64,000 nt of DNA, from assembly GCA_016721505.1 (NCBI GenBank), contig JADKHX010000002.1, forward strand, positions 37,126 to 101,125, given 5' to 3'. Position numbers and translations under genes: made by a program. Origin of the DNA: Rhodocyclaceae bacterium (GTDB lineage: Bacteria; Pseudomonadota; Gammaproteobacteria; Burkholderiales; Rhodocyclaceae). How positions within the stretch are numbered: position 1 is the first letter of the stretch; the number at the start of each line of letters is the position of its first letter. Shown here piece by piece: positions 39,143 to 50,957 of this stretch. The notes under the pieces are model-generated. The model was not told the DNA's origin. It did not search any database and saw only the letters and a program-made list of their open reading frames with translations.

Positions 39143-42100
39143 CTACTCGCGCACCCGATACCAAGCGGCGTAAAGCGCGGGCAAGAAAAGGCAAGTGAGC
39201 AAAGTGGCGACCAACAAACCGCCCATTACAGAAACCGCCATCGGTCCCCAAAAAACCTGCGAAACCAATGGAACCATCGCAAGAATTGAGGCAGCGGCGG
39301 TCAAAACTATTGGTCGGAAACGACGCACGGTCGAATCCACGATGGCGTTGAACAGCGGCTTGCCCTCGGCCTCATCTTGCGCAATCTGGTCGATCAAAAT
39401 CACAGAATTTCGCAAGATCATCCCCATTAGCGCGATCACCCCGAGATTGGCGACAAAACCAAACGGGATTTGAAAAATCATCAAGGCCATGGTCACCCCG
39501 ATCAACCCTAAAGGTGCGGTCAACAAGGCAATCAGCGTGCGTCCGATGCTTTGCAGTTGCATCATCAACAGCGTTATCACGCCTATTACCATGTAAGGCA
39601 TTACGGCTTGAATTGATCTCGAACCCTTGCCTGATTCCTCAACCGCGCCGCCCATCTCGATGACATAGCCGGGTGGTAGTGCCTGGCGAATTTCGGCAAG
39701 CTGGGCATTAATTTGGTTCGAAGCATCCGGACCTTGTATACCCTTAACGTCGGCGCGAAGGGTAATCGTTGGTAAGCGATGACGACGCCAAATCAAACCT
39801 TCTTCCAACTCTGGCACCAATTTGGCAATTTGCGCCAACGGAACATGACGTCCATTGCTGGCAACAATATCCAATTCTGGAATACGGTCCAAGGTGCGCA
39901 GATCAGCGCCAGCTTTACCACCGCCTGCGCGCCACACCACATCAATCAACAAGTCGTTTTCACGCAACTGGGTGATCGTTGCGCCAACCAACCAGCCCTG
40001 CAAGGTCTGCGCTACATCCTGGCTCGATACACCCAGCGCGCGCGCTCTGGCTTGATCAATTTCGACGCGAACCGACTTGATACGATCATTCCAATCGCTA
40101 TTGACGTCAACTAAATTCGGGTGAGCGCGCATCACCGTCGCAACCTTTGCCGCCTCGGCGCGCAGTTGCTCAATGTTCTCACCGGAAACACGAAACTGAA
40201 CCACGTAATTCACCGGTGGGCCGTTTTCCAAAATGGTCGTTCGTAGCCGCAAATGCGCCCAACTACCGTCTGGGTTGGCAAACTCCTTCTCCAGTTTGGC
40301 GCGAACCAGATCGCGCTCCTTGGCCCCTTTAGTCAGCAGCATGAACTGGCCGAAATTATCGTTTACCAATTGTTGATCCAGCGACAGGAAAAACCGGGGA
40401 ACACCCGTGCCAATATACGAAGACCACGATTCGATATTCTCGTCGCCACTGATCAATTGCTCGACACGCTTAACCTCACGCGTCGTGGCAGCCAAAGATG
40501 CACCTTGAGGTAACCAGACATCAATCATTAGCTCGGCTCGGCTAGCGCTGGGGAAGAATTGCTTTGGCACCGCCTTATCAAACAACACCAGGGACGCCAC
40601 GAAGGAGGCGACAGTGATCGCAATGACTAGCCATCGATGGCGCAAACACCAGACAACCAAAGCGCGGAACCGTCGATAGAAGGGCTTATCGTAGATGTCA
40701 TGATCATGGGCGGCGGCGTTTCCACCATGTGCTGTCGATTTGACCTTAGTGAGCAATACGTAGCCCAAGTAAGGTGTAAAAATTACGGCGACGAACCATG
40801 AGGTGATCAGCGCAATCGCCACCACCAGAAATATCGATCCGGTGTACTCACCGGATCCGGATTTTGCGAAATACACCGGTGCAAACCCGGCCACGGTAAT
40901 CAGCGTACCGGTCAGCATCGGGAAGGCGGTCGAGGTATAGGCAAAGGTCGCCGCGCGCATACGATCCCAGCCCTGCTCAATTTTCACCATCATCATTTCC
41001 ACCGCGATGATCGCGTCGTCCACCAGCAATCCAAGCGAGATTACCAACGCCCCTAAGGACACACGCTGCAGTGGAATGTCAGTGAGATTCATAACGATAA
41101 AGGTTATGGCGAGTGCCAATGGAATTGACAAGGCCACCACCATGCCGGTGCGCCAACCCAAACTGACGAACGACACCAACAACACGATTCCTATCGCTTC
41201 CAGCAGCGTTCTAAAGAACAAGGCAAACGATAGACGAACAACCTTAGGTTGATCGGCAACAACATTGACCTCTACGCCTACCGGCAAATCACGTTCGATT
41301 CGCGCCATCAACTCATCGACGTTCTTCCCCAAGCCGAGCACATTGCCGCCCTTGAGCATTACTACGCCAAACCCGACAGCGTCCTTGCCCATGAAACGCA
41401 TACGCGGCTGTGGCGGGTCGGACAGTGCGCGGGTAACGGTAGCAATGTCACCGAGGCGGAAATGCTTACCGCCTATGGTGATATCGGATTCGCGAATTTG
41501 TTCAGCACTTTTGAATGCGCCATCAACGCGCAGACGAACCCTGTCGGTGGCAGTTTCAACAAATCCCGCTGGCGCCACTGCGTTCTGTCGCTGCAATGCA
41601 TCAAATACCTGCAGCGGCGCCAAGCCCATTGCCGCGAGGCGGTCCGGTCGGGTTTCGATAAAGATTTTCTCATCCTGAATTCCGAGCATGTCGATCTTCT
41701 TGACGTCCCGAACCCGGCGCAACTCACGGGCGATTTGATCAGCATGCCGGCGCAGTTCCGGCATCTCTACGCCATCACCAGTCAAGGCGTAAATCTTGAT
41801 CAGCACATCACCGAATTCGTCGTTGGAAAAAGGACCTTGTATGCCTGCAGGCAAGGTACTGCGCATATCGTCGACCCGCTTGCGCACCTGATACCAAATT
41901 TCCGGAACCATCTCCGGCGGGGTGTAATCCTTGAGTGTCACATAGACAAAAGATTCGCCCGGTTTGGACGAGGATTTAACGTAGTCGACCCAGGGCGTTT
42001 CAAGCAATTTGCGTTCGATTTTTTCAGAGACCTGTTGCTCAAGTTCCAGTGCCGTGGCACCGGGCCAAAGCGTCCGCACCACCATCGTCTTCAGCACATA

Positions 42101-42226
42101 GTCCGGGTCTTCTGATCGCCCCAATTGGTTGTAGGCGAGCACACCACCGAGCGTCAAAACGATAATCAGATACAAAATGAACTGCCGATGGTTCAACGCC
42201 CACTCGGACAAATTGAGATGTTTCAT
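39143..42226 (-). CDS. RND efflux transporter permease (AcrB/HAE1-like)
   Basis: 1027 aa, 12-TM, with two large periplasmic loops. Confidence 0.93.
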   Translation of the reverse strand: MKHLNLSEWALNHRQFILYLIIVLTLGGVLAYNQLGRSEDPDYVLKTMVVRTLWPGATALELEQQVSEKIERKLLETPWVDYVKSSSKPGESFVYVTLKDYTPPEMVPEIWYQVRKRVDDMRSTLPAGIQGPFSNDEFGDVLIKIYALTGDGVEMPELRRHADQIARELRRVRDVKKIDMLGIQDEKIFIETRPDRLAAMGLAPLQVFDALQRQNAVAPAGFVETATDRVRLRVDGAFKSAEQIRESDITIGGKHFRLGDIATVTRALSDPPQPRMRFMGKDAVGFGVVMLKGGNVLGLGKNVDELMARIERDLPVGVEVNVVADQPKVVRLSFALFFRTLLEAIGIVLLVSFVSLGWRTGMVVALSIPLALAITFIVMNLTDIPLQRVSLGALVISLGLLVDDAIIAVEMMMVKIEQGWDRMRAATFAYTSTAFPMLTGTLITVAGFAPVYFAKSGSGEYTGSIFLVVAIALITSWFVAVIFTPYLGYVLLTKVKSTAHGGNAAAHDHDIYDKPFYRRFRALVVWCLRHRWLVIAITVASFVASLVLFDKAVPKQFFPSASRAELMIDVWLPQGASLAATTREVKRVEQLISGDENIESWSSYIGTGVPRFFLSLDQQLVNDNFGQFMLLTKGAKERDLVRAKLEKEFANPDGSWAHLRLRTTILENGPPVNYVVQFRVSGENIEQLRAEAAKVATVMRAHPNLVDVNSDWNDRIKSVRVEIDQARARALGVSSQDVAQTLQGWLVGATITQLRENDLLIDVVWRAGGGKAGADLRTLDRIPELDIVASNGRHVPLAQIAKLVPELEEGLIWRRHRLPTITLRADVKGIQGPDASNQINAQLAEIRQALPPGYVIEMGGAVEESGKGSRSIQAVMPYMVIGVITLLMMQLQSIGRTLIALLTAPLGLIGVTMALMIFQIPFGFVANLGVIALMGMILRNSVILIDQIAQDEAEGKPLFNAIVDSTVRRFRPIVLTAAASILAMVPLVSQVFWGPMAVSVMGGLLVATLLTCLFLPALYAAWYRVRE

Positions 42227-43257
42227 TTTGCTGTTCCGGCGGACTCAATCACGCGCACCTTTTCACCGGCCACCAACCGATGCACGCCTGCTGCGGCAAT
42301 ACGTTCGCCGCCTTTCAAACCTTCGCTGATAAGCGCTCCACTATCGGTGTAGGCGGCGATGCTCACCGGCTGCAAAGAGACACTCGCATCGCTGGCGACT
42401 ATCCATACCGCCGGCTTGTCAGCTTGCTGATAAATTGCGCTGAGCGGAACGATCAAGGAATTTTTCACGGCCTTGCTTGCAAAATTAACTGTGGCAGTCA
42501 TGCCAAGCGGCAATCTTGCATCGGCGCCAGCCAGTCGGATACGCGCGGCATAGGTGCGTGTCAGTGGATCAGCCGCGGGTGATATTTCCCTCACCGTGCC
42601 TTTGATTTTGACGCCATCTTTAGCCCACAGCGTCACTACCGCAGCCTGTCCAAGCTTAATCGCCCCAATGTCGGTTTCGGGCAAAGAAATGGCAATTTCC
42701 CGCTCTCCATCAGGCGCCAAACGGAACACCGGCTGGCCCGCGGTAACAACCTGCCCTGGTTCCGCCAAAACTTGGGTAATCACCCCGGTACGATCTGCCA
42801 GCAGCGTTGTATAGGCGGTCTGGTTGCGCGCCAAACCCGCTTGCGCTTCCGTTGCCGCCAACGCAGACTCACGCGCGTCTAGCGCTGCTTGGCTGACAAA
42901 ATTTTTGCTGCGTAGGTCACGGTAGCGCGCGGCATCGGCAGCTGCAATTGACCGCTGTGCCTCGGTCTGTGTCGCTTGCAAGCCGGCGTCACTTGCATCA
43001 AGCCGGGCGAGTGCTTGGCCCTGTTTGACTGCCGCGCCTACATCAACCAGTCTTGTCACGAGCTTGCCGGAAATCCGGAATCCTAAAGTTGATTCACTTT
43101 TTGCCCGAACCTCACCGCTGTAGTCGCGCACCGACAGCGTGTCACCAGCACCAACTGTCAATACGCGAACCAAGCGCGGAGACTTTTCTGGCGGTGGTGG
43201 TGGACTGCAGGCCATCAGAACCAGTGAAAGGGGCAGGACAATTGCGATTGACTTCAT
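42223..43257 (-). CDS. RND efflux periplasmic adaptor (MFP) lipoprotein
   Basis: Start at ATG 43257 gives MKSIAIVLPLSLVLMAC (lipobox). Coiled-coil hairpin region. The stop overlaps the RND start. Confidence 0.9.
   Translation of the reverse strand: MKSIAIVLPLSLVLMACSPPPPPEKSPRLVRVLTVGAGDTLSVRDYSGEVRAKSESTLGFRISGKLVTRLVDVGAAVKQGQALARLDASDAGLQATQTEAQRSIAAADAARYRDLRSKNFVSQAALDARESALAATEAQAGLARNQTAYTTLLADRTGVITQVLAEPGQVVTAGQPVFRLAPDGEREIAISLPETDIGAIKLGQAAVVTLWAKDGVKIKGTVREISPAADPLTRTYAARIRLAGADARLPLGMTATVNFASKAVKNSLIVPLSAIYQQADKPAVWIVASDASVSLQPVSIAAYTDSGALISEGLKGGERIAAAGVHRLVAGEKVRVIESAGTAK
43134..43159 (+). repeat. 27-nt motif copy inside the MFP gene
   Basis: ACAGCGTGTCACCAGCACCAACTGTC, read on the gene strand as TVGAGDTLS. 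Confidence 0.7.
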
Positions 43258-43319
43258 GGCATTACTCCGACAGCTGGCTTTCAGGTTTTGCTTCAAAGGC
43301 GTTGCGCGTATGGTTGGGT

Positions 43320-43991
43320 TCACTGGGCCAGGCGGGAATTGTTACTGCTCACAAGTCCATGCAAGGTCAGCTCAAAATGTGTCTGCAGATAAGTCTCGGC
43401 ATCAATCGTCGTCGCGCCGCACATATCAACAGAATGCCGGCGGATTGCCAACATCAGGATGGGCGCGAACAACACGTCAGCGACCATATCCACCGGCATC
43501 GAACGAAACTCCCCCGCAGCGATGCCGCGTTGTAGCACGCGCTTCAAAAGGTTGCGGGCGCGGGCAATGACCGCATTTTGGTAGAAGGCCGCCACCTCGG
43601 GAAAATTTCTCGCCTCGCTAATAACCAGTTTTGGTAGGCCACCAAGCGAGGTATTGCCGATCAACCGCCACCACGTCGACACTAGTTGCCGCATGAGTTC
43701 GGCACTTGAACCGTCGAAATGGTCGATCATCGAATCGGCAGCATCAAGCACCGGAACGATTCCTTCCAAAACCACAGCCTTAAATAGGGCAACTTTGCTG
43801 TCGAAATATAGATACAAAGTACCTTTGGAGACTCCCGCGAGCGCTGCAATGTCGTCGAGCCGCGTTGCCGCAAATCCCTTCTCGACAAACAGTGCCAAGG
43901 CCGCCGCAGTGAGTTCGGCGGGACGGGCTTGTTTGCGCCGCTGACGAGAGGCTTCCGGATTTGCGCCCAGGGCAATTTCAACACTGCTCAC
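43320..43991 (-). CDS. TetR family transcriptional repressor
   Basis: HTH region GFAATRLDDIAALAGVSKGTLYLYF. GTG 43991 has a GGAGA RBS 6 nt upstream. The track's start is TTG 44009. Confidence 0.88.
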   Translation of the reverse strand: MSSVEIALGANPEASRQRRKQARPAELTAAALALFVEKGFAATRLDDIAALAGVSKGTLYLYFDSKVALFKAVVLEGIVPVLDAADSMIDHFDGSSAELMRQLVSTWWRLIGNTSLGGLPKLVISEARNFPEVAAFYQNAVIARARNLLKRVLQRGIAAGEFRSMPVDMVADVLFAPILMLAIRRHSVDMCGATTIDAETYLQTHFELTLHGLVSSNNSRLAQ

Positions 43992-44014
43992 TGCATTTCT
44001 CCATCGCAACTCAG

Positions 44015-44054
44015 TATCTAAAGTAACTGACTGACTGGTCAGTTACTTTAGATA
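44015..44054. promoter_or_regulatory. 17-bp perfect inverted repeat, candidate TetR operator
   Basis: TATCTAAAGTAACTGAC-TGACTG-GTCAGTTACTTTAGATA, immediately upstream of the TetR-MFP-RND operon. Confidence 0.65.
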
Positions 44055-44079
44055 GAGTCGAATTCGATGTCAAGCGCAA

Positions 44080-44472
44080 TCAAAAAAGCAGCAAAAACCC
44101 CGCTGGATTTCGTAGCCGTGCGACTGAAGCTATCCAGGCAAAACAAATCAGCGCGGCGCCCCACGCAGCAACGCGCACCGGCTTGGAAAAACGTGGCCGC
44201 AAGGCAACAACACCGAGGCCAATATAAGCCAGCAACCCGACAATTTTTGCCGCCAGCCAAGGCACTGTCCATGGGTATTGACCAGACATCACGGCCAAGC
44301 CGATTGCAGCGGCCAACAACAAGGTGTCGTTGATATGTGGCACGATGCGCACCCAGCGCTGTTGAAGCATTGGCGAGCCAGTCAGCATCAGCAAACCACG
44401 CCAGGCGAAACCGCTCACGCTGATGATGGCAAACGAGATATGTAGTAGACGTAAATCGTTATAGGAAATCAT
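44080..44472 (-). CDS. SirB2-like small inner-membrane protein
   Basis: 130 aa, 4 TM. The family call is from overall resemblance only. Confidence 0.55.
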   Translation of the reverse strand: MISYNDLRLLHISFAIISVSGFAWRGLLMLTGSPMLQQRWVRIVPHINDTLLLAAAIGLAVMSGQYPWTVPWLAAKIVGLLAYIGLGVVALRPRFSKPVRVAAWGAALICFAWIASVARLRNPAGFLLLF

Positions 44473-44545
44473 GGCAAATGCTCGACGTACCCAATAGGCA
44501 TCATGTTATCTTGCTGTACAACCTTGAATTGCGGACTCGATCGCG

Positions 44546-45238
44546 ATGAGAAAACAACCTGCTGACATTCCGTTAATTCTGAGTCGTCTGCCCCTCTTTC
44601 AAGAACTTCACGCCGAACAAATATCGGCTATTGCCGTGGGCGTGCGCGAACGTGCTCTGGCGCGCGGCGAGATGTTGTTCCAAAAAGGTGATGCAGCGCG
44701 CGGCTTTTTTGTCGTGCTCAACGGTCAAATAAAACTGGCATTTCCTTCTGCGCAGGGCAACGAAAAGGTCGTCGAAATTCTTGGTCCACGCCAAAGTTTT
44801 GGTGAAGCGGTAATGTTCATGGATAGACCCTATCCGGTATTTGCCGAAGCTTTGCTCGATTCCAGTTTGCTATTCATTGATCGTGCAGTTGTTTTTGATT
44901 TGCTAGCGATAGACACCTCGTTTGCGCGAAAACTTTTGGCCGGACTGTCGCAACGGCTGCACGGCTTGGTACAGGATGTTGAATCGTATTCTTCGCGTTC
45001 GTCTGCACAAAGGGTGATTGGCCATTTGTTGCAACACTGTGCCGAAGATGCCGACAAGCAAGCCAACATCGAAGTCGTTTTACCGACCTCAAAACAAGTC
45101 ATCGCGTCGCGACTGAATCTCACGCCTGAGACGCTATCGCGCGTGTTCCATGACTTGAGCGAACGCGGCTTGATTCGTGTCAATGGCAAGAACATAACGA
45201 TTTTGGATCTGGAACTGCTGAGGCAATTCGACATTTAG
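44546..45238 (+). CDS. Crp/Fnr family regulator, Dnr/NnrR class
   Basis: 230 aa. cNMP-like barrel and HTH with the E--SR recognition motif (PETLSRVF). No N-terminal Cys cluster, so it is not FNR proper. Lies next to nirS. Confidence 0.85.
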   Translation: MRKQPADIPLILSRLPLFQELHAEQISAIAVGVRERALARGEMLFQKGDAARGFFVVLNGQIKLAFPSAQGNEKVVEILGPRQSFGEAVMFMDRPYPVFAEALLDSSLLFIDRAVVFDLLAIDTSFARKLLAGLSQRLHGLVQDVESYSSRSSAQRVIGHLLQHCAEDADKQANIEVVLPTSKQVIASRLNLTPETLSRVFHDLSERGLIRVNGKNITILDLELLRQFDI

Positions 45239-45250
45239 ATTTTTGCCGCG

Positions 45251-45469
45251 TCAGACATTGCGGCGAATACGAAACTCAAAGCAATCCTCAGGGCCGCGTA
45301 ATTCCACCCAAGAATAGCCGTTGCGCTTTAGGACGTTAAACAGCGGCGTCGGTTGCCGATACAACCAGAGCACCACTTCATCATCGGGCTGCATTGCATC
45401 GAGCGCCTCCATGGTGCGCTCAAACGGTTCGGGCGGTTGCATTTCGCGTGCATCGACGACAATTTCCAT
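45251..45469 (-). CDS. DUF2249-like small protein
   Basis: 72 aa with a TusA-like fold signature (REMQPPEPFERTMEAL). Divergent from nirS. Confidence 0.6.
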   Translation of the reverse strand: MEIVVDAREMQPPEPFERTMEALDAMQPDDEVVLWLYRQPTPLFNVLKRNGYSWVELRGPEDCFEFRIRRNV

Positions 45470-45536
45470 AGCCTTGATCTCCTCCTTTCAAGTCTAGACC
45501 GAAGTTTGAGTGTCCCGCCCATTGAGGCGGATTGCA

Positions 45537-45550
45537 TTGATGCGAATCAA
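45537..45550. promoter_or_regulatory. FNR/Dnr box, perfect
   Basis: TTGAT-GCGA-ATCAA, about 75 nt upstream of the DUF2249 start. Confidence 0.7.
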
Positions 45551-45591
45551 GCCACCGACCGGTCGCCAACAGATCTCGGGGATGAATCGCG

Positions 45592-45605
45592 TTGACCTGG
45601 ATCAT
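45592..45605. promoter_or_regulatory. FNR/Dnr-like box, imperfect
   Basis: TTGAC-CTGG-ATCAT. Nearly the same sequence as the box at 51636. Confidence 0.4.
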
Positions 45606-45629
45606 GGTTCCAATAAAAAAATCTTTGGC

Positions 45630-45643
45630 TTGATTGCAATCAA
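45630..45643. promoter_or_regulatory. FNR/Dnr box, perfect (nirS promoter)
   Basis: TTGAT-TGCA-ATCAA, about 110 nt upstream of the nirS ATG. Confidence 0.75.
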
Positions 45644-45667
45644 GGATTTATCCCGGTGAGAAGTTGA

Positions 45668-47473
<1,806 letters not shown>

Positions 47474-47527
47474 AGGCAAATTGCTGCTCGGGGAAATCCC
47501 GGCTAGCAATATCAAAGGAGCATAGAC

Positions 47528-47848
47528 ATGATCAAGACAGCTGCGTTTTTCGGAATAATTTGTGGTTTGGCCTTAGTGCTTGCGACGCCAGCGCGAGCGA
47601 GTGAAGAGAGTTTCAAGAAAGCCGGTTGCGTTGCCTGTCACACGCCAGACAAAAAACTGGTTGGTCCGGCATTGAAAGATATTGCCGCCAAGTACAAAGG
47701 CCAGGGCGACGCGGTCGCCAAGCTGTCGGAAAAAGCGCGCAAGGGCGGCTCTGGCGTTTGGGGTCCAATTCCCATGCCGCCCAATGGGGCCGACAAGGTT
47801 AGCGACGCAGACTTGAAGTCCACCGTCGAATGGATTTTGAACCGGTAA
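47528..47848 (+). CDS. nirM: cytochrome c551/c552
   Basis: 106 aa. GCVACH...VGPALKDIAAKY...GVWGPIPMPPN closely resembles Pseudomonas c551. Confidence 0.9.
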   Translation: MIKTAAFFGIICGLALVLATPARASEESFKKAGCVACHTPDKKLVGPALKDIAAKYKGQGDAVAKLSEKARKGGSGVWGPIPMPPNGADKVSDADLKSTVEWILNR

Positions 47849-47881
47849 GGCGGTGCAGGAACTCGCGAACCAAACAGGACT

Positions 47882-47908
47882 CGCCCACCTTGGTGGGCGT
47901 TTCCCCTT
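47882..47908 (+). terminator. hairpin plus T-rich tail after nirM (partial terminator/attenuator)
   Basis: CGCCCACC-TT-GGTGGGCG followed by TTTCCCCTT. Confidence 0.55.
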
Positions 47909-47972
47909 ATCTTGTGGGCACTCCTCTGCGCAAAGCGTCACTCAATCGCGATCACTCGGGTTTGCGACACCT

Positions 47973-48302
47973 ATGAAAGCCCGGTTGTACCTCTTACTCA
48001 TTGCAATGTGCTGTGCCGGCAATTCAAGCGCGGAAACTTTTGTGCCGGTATCGCCCAGCGAAATGACGCGACTCGTCCGCCAAGACTGCGGTTCTTGCCA
48101 CGGCATGAAATTAACCGGCGGGCTTGGCTCGCCACTCACTGCCGATGCGCTTAAAGGCAAACCTGCCGAAGCGCTGACGGCGACCATACTCTATGGGCGA
48201 CCCGGAACGACCATGCCGGCATGGAAATCACTGCTCACCGTAGCGCAAGCACAGTGGATCACTGCGCGTCTGCTCGAGGGATTTCCCGAGGAGGTTCGTT
48301 GA
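47973..48302 (+). CDS. nirC: cytochrome c55X
   Basis: About 109 aa from ATG 47973. Signal peptide and CGSCHG heme site. Position as in nirSMC. Confidence 0.85.
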   Translation: MKARLYLLLIAMCCAGNSSAETFVPVSPSEMTRLVRQDCGSCHGMKLTGGLGSPLTADALKGKPAEALTATILYGRPGTTMPAWKSLLTVAQAQWITARLLEGFPEEVR

Positions 48303-49480
48303 TGCGAAGCTTGGCCTATCTCTTTCTCTGCTGTGTGCTGGTGCTAGTGCTCGGCGCTTGTACGACGCTATCGACACTGCGCGGAACGGGCGATTTGGGT
48401 GTGGTGATCGAACGTGCCGATGGCGCAGTAACGCTGGTTAATACCTCCGCCAAAGCGCCTTATGCACGGGTCGACGGTTTGGGCGACCTGTCGCACGCCT
48501 CGGTAGTTTTCTCGCGCGATGCGCGCTATGCCTTTGTCTTCGGTCGCGATGGTGGCTTGTCGAAAATTGATCTGCTGGAATCGCGGCTGGTGAAGCGGGT
48601 GATGCAATCAGGCAATGCCATCGGCGGTTCAATATCACAAGATGGCCGCATCGTCGTCGCGCAAAACTATGTGCCGGGCGGCATCAAAGCATTCGACGCC
48701 GAAACCCTGGAGCTATTGTCGGAAGTGCCCGCCGAATATGCACCGGGAAAATTCTCCAAAGTGGTCGGTCTGGCGGATACCTCCGGCAACCGGTTTGCTT
48801 ACGCCTTGTTCGATGCGGGTGAAATATGGGTCAGCGATTTCAGCGACCCGAAACATCCAACGACCAAGAAATTCCCGGCCGGAAAGAATCCCTACGATGG
48901 CCTGATTACGCCCGACGGTCGCTACTACCTGGCGGGGCTATTTGGCGAAGACGGAATTGCCAAGCTTGACCTGTGGCAGACGGAAAAAGGCAGCAGCAAG
49001 ATTCTGGAAAACTACGGACGTGGCGAGGAGAAGCTGCCAGTTTTCAAGATGCCGCATTTACGCGGCTGGTCGCTCGCTGCCGGGCGCGCTTGGTTGCCTG
49101 CAATCGGGCGACATGAAGTACTGGTCGCCGATGCGCGGACGTGGAACGAAGTCGCTCGTGTGCAAGTTAAAGGCCAGCCAGTGTTTGTGATGGCTAGCCC
49201 GGACGGGCGACAAGTCTGGGTCAACTTTGCCCATCCGGACAATGGCTGGGTACAGGTGATCGATACGCTGAGCGGACAAGTGATCAAAACGCTACAACCG
49301 GGCAAAGCGGTTTTGCATATGGAGTTCACGCCGCGCGGCGAAGCGGTATGGATCTCAGCACGTGACGACAACCGCGTGGTGATTTATGACACGCGCAGCT
49401 TCGAGCAAATCGGCGGTTTCGATGTCAAAGCACCTTCGGGGATTTTCTTCACCACGCGCGCTGCGCGGATAGGCTTTTAG
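48302..49480 (+). CDS. nirF: heme d1 biosynthesis protein NirF (lipoprotein)
   Basis: ATG 48302 overlaps the nirC stop. LGAC lipobox. cd1-like propeller without a heme c site. Confidence 0.88.
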   Translation: MRSLAYLFLCCVLVLVLGACTTLSTLRGTGDLGVVIERADGAVTLVNTSAKAPYARVDGLGDLSHASVVFSRDARYAFVFGRDGGLSKIDLLESRLVKRVMQSGNAIGGSISQDGRIVVAQNYVPGGIKAFDAETLELLSEVPAEYAPGKFSKVVGLADTSGNRFAYALFDAGEIWVSDFSDPKHPTTKKFPAGKNPYDGLITPDGRYYLAGLFGEDGIAKLDLWQTEKGSSKILENYGRGEEKLPVFKMPHLRGWSLAAGRAWLPAIGRHEVLVADARTWNEVARVQVKGQPVFVMASPDGRQVWVNFAHPDNGWVQVIDTLSGQVIKTLQPGKAVLHMEFTPRGEAVWISARDDNRVVIYDTRSFEQIGGFDVKAPSGIFFTTRAARIGF

Positions 49481-49491
49481 GGCGAACCGCA

Positions 49492-50469
49492 ATGGACTCA
49501 CCTTACAGCCCGTTGGAATTTTCATTGTTAAACGACTGGCAGCGTGATTTTCCGCTGGTGTCGAATCCGTTCGCGGAGATTGCGGCGTCAGTTGGTGCTG
49601 ACGACACGCTGTCAGATAAGGTTCTAAGTACGTTGAACCGCTTGGTGGCGCGCGGCGCAATCAGCCGCATCGGAGCCGTGTTTGCGCCGCGTCGGGTAGG
49701 CATCGGCGCACTCGCCGCGGTCGCTGCACCTGCTGAAAAAATCGAAGCGATTGCGGCACAAATTAACGCGCACGCCACGGTCAATCACAACTACCAGCGC
49801 GAACATCTTTACAACCTCTGGTTCGTCGTCACGGCGCCCGACAAAGCCGCCTTGGACGCGACCCTAACGCAGATAGAAATGGAAACCGGCTGCACAGTTA
49901 TTTCCATGCCATTGGCCGAAGAGTTTCATATTGATTTGGCATTCGACATGCAGTCGGGACATAGCCCGATTCAGCACCAGCGTTCCTGCGCGGCTATCAC
50001 TCGAGACCTGGATACCGACGAGCGTCGGCTGGCAGCGCAATTGCAAGATGGCTTGACGCTTTGCGCCACGCCCTACGCAGAACTTGGGCAGCGCGCCGGC
50101 ATGAGCGAAGCGCAAGTGCTCAATCATTTGCGACGCTGGCAAGACGAGGGATTGATCAAGCGTTTTGGCATTGTCGTGCGACATCACGAAATGGGTTATC
50201 GCTCAAATGCGATGGTGGTGTTTGATATTGCTGACGACAACGCATCCACCATTGGCACGGCCTTGGCTAGCGTGCCGGGCGTGACTTTGTGTTATCGGCG
50301 CGAGCGTTGCCTGCCGGCGTGGCCGCACAATATTTACTGCATGGTGCATGGTCGAAGTCGCGATGAAGTCTTCCCGATTGTCGAACGTTTGGCGGCCATC
50401 GCCGGTATTAAGCCGACGGTGTTGTTCTCCGTGCGACGTTTCAAACAATGTGGTGCAAGATATTTCTGA
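49492..50469 (+). CDS. nirD: fused NirD-NirL siroheme decarboxylase subunits
   Basis: 325 aa with two tandem AsnC/Lrp-like modules (LNDWQRDFPL... and ERRLAAQLQDGLTL...). Confidence 0.85.
   Translation: MDSPYSPLEFSLLNDWQRDFPLVSNPFAEIAASVGADDTLSDKVLSTLNRLVARGAISRIGAVFAPRRVGIGALAAVAAPAEKIEAIAAQINAHATVNHNYQREHLYNLWFVVTAPDKAALDATLTQIEMETGCTVISMPLAEEFHIDLAFDMQSGHSPIQHQRSCAAITRDLDTDERRLAAQLQDGLTLCATPYAELGQRAGMSEAQVLNHLRRWQDEGLIKRFGIVVRHHEMGYRSNAMVVFDIADDNASTIGTALASVPGVTLCYRRERCLPAWPHNIYCMVHGRSRDEVFPIVERLAAIAGIKPTVLFSVRRFKQCGARYF
49586..49613 (-). repeat. 27-nt motif copy inside nirDL
   Basis: CGTCAGTTGGTGCTGACGACACGCTGTC, read as SVGADDTLS. Confidence 0.7.
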
Positions 50470-50957
50470 TGAATGCCATGCGCGCCTCAACTGATGCTTC
50501 GATTCGCCCGTCACCAGATGAAATGGATCGCGCCATCATTAACAAAATGCAAGGCGATTTCCCTTTGCTTGACGAGCCGTATCGCGCCGTTGCCGACAGC
50601 TTGGGAATCAGCGAAAGCGAATTACTTGGACGCTTGCAAGGCATGCTTGATAAGCGAATATTGACCCGCTTCGGGCCGATGTTTCAAGTTGAACGCATGG
50701 GTGGCGCTTTTGTGCTCGCGGCGATGACAGTGCCGGAAGAACGATTTGATGAAGTCGCCACGCAAGTCAATTCATTGGCCGAAGTGGCGCACAACTACCG
50801 CCGCGAACATGCGATGAATATGTGGTTCGTGTTGGCCACAGAGACTCGCGCCGGGATTGCCGAGGTCATCGCGCGAATAGAAGCGATGACGGCATTGCCG
50901 GTGTTTGCTTTTCCGAAAGAGCGTGAGTATTTCGTCGAGATGAAACTCCATGCTTGA
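50469..50957 (+). CDS. nirG: siroheme decarboxylase subunit NirG
   Basis: ATG 50469 overlaps the nirDL stop. Has the MDRAIINKMQGDFPL module. Confidence 0.85.
   Translation: MNAMRASTDASIRPSPDEMDRAIINKMQGDFPLLDEPYRAVADSLGISESELLGRLQGMLDKRILTRFGPMFQVERMGGAFVLAAMTVPEERFDEVATQVNSLAEVAHNYRREHAMNMWFVLATETRAGIAEVIARIEAMTALPVFAFPKEREYFVEMKLHA

Noticed and set aside
41249-42115. 288-aa plus-strand ORF inside the RND permease gene
   Set aside because: It is a shadow ORF opposite a 1027-aa, unmistakable AcrB-type gene. It has no RBS or motif support.
39143-44009. Efflux operon, or the denitrification island, as a horizontally acquired mobile island
   Set aside because: I saw no integrase, transposase, tRNA target or obvious compositional break at the borders. 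The flanks are ordinary core genes. This cannot be excluded without a compositional calculation.
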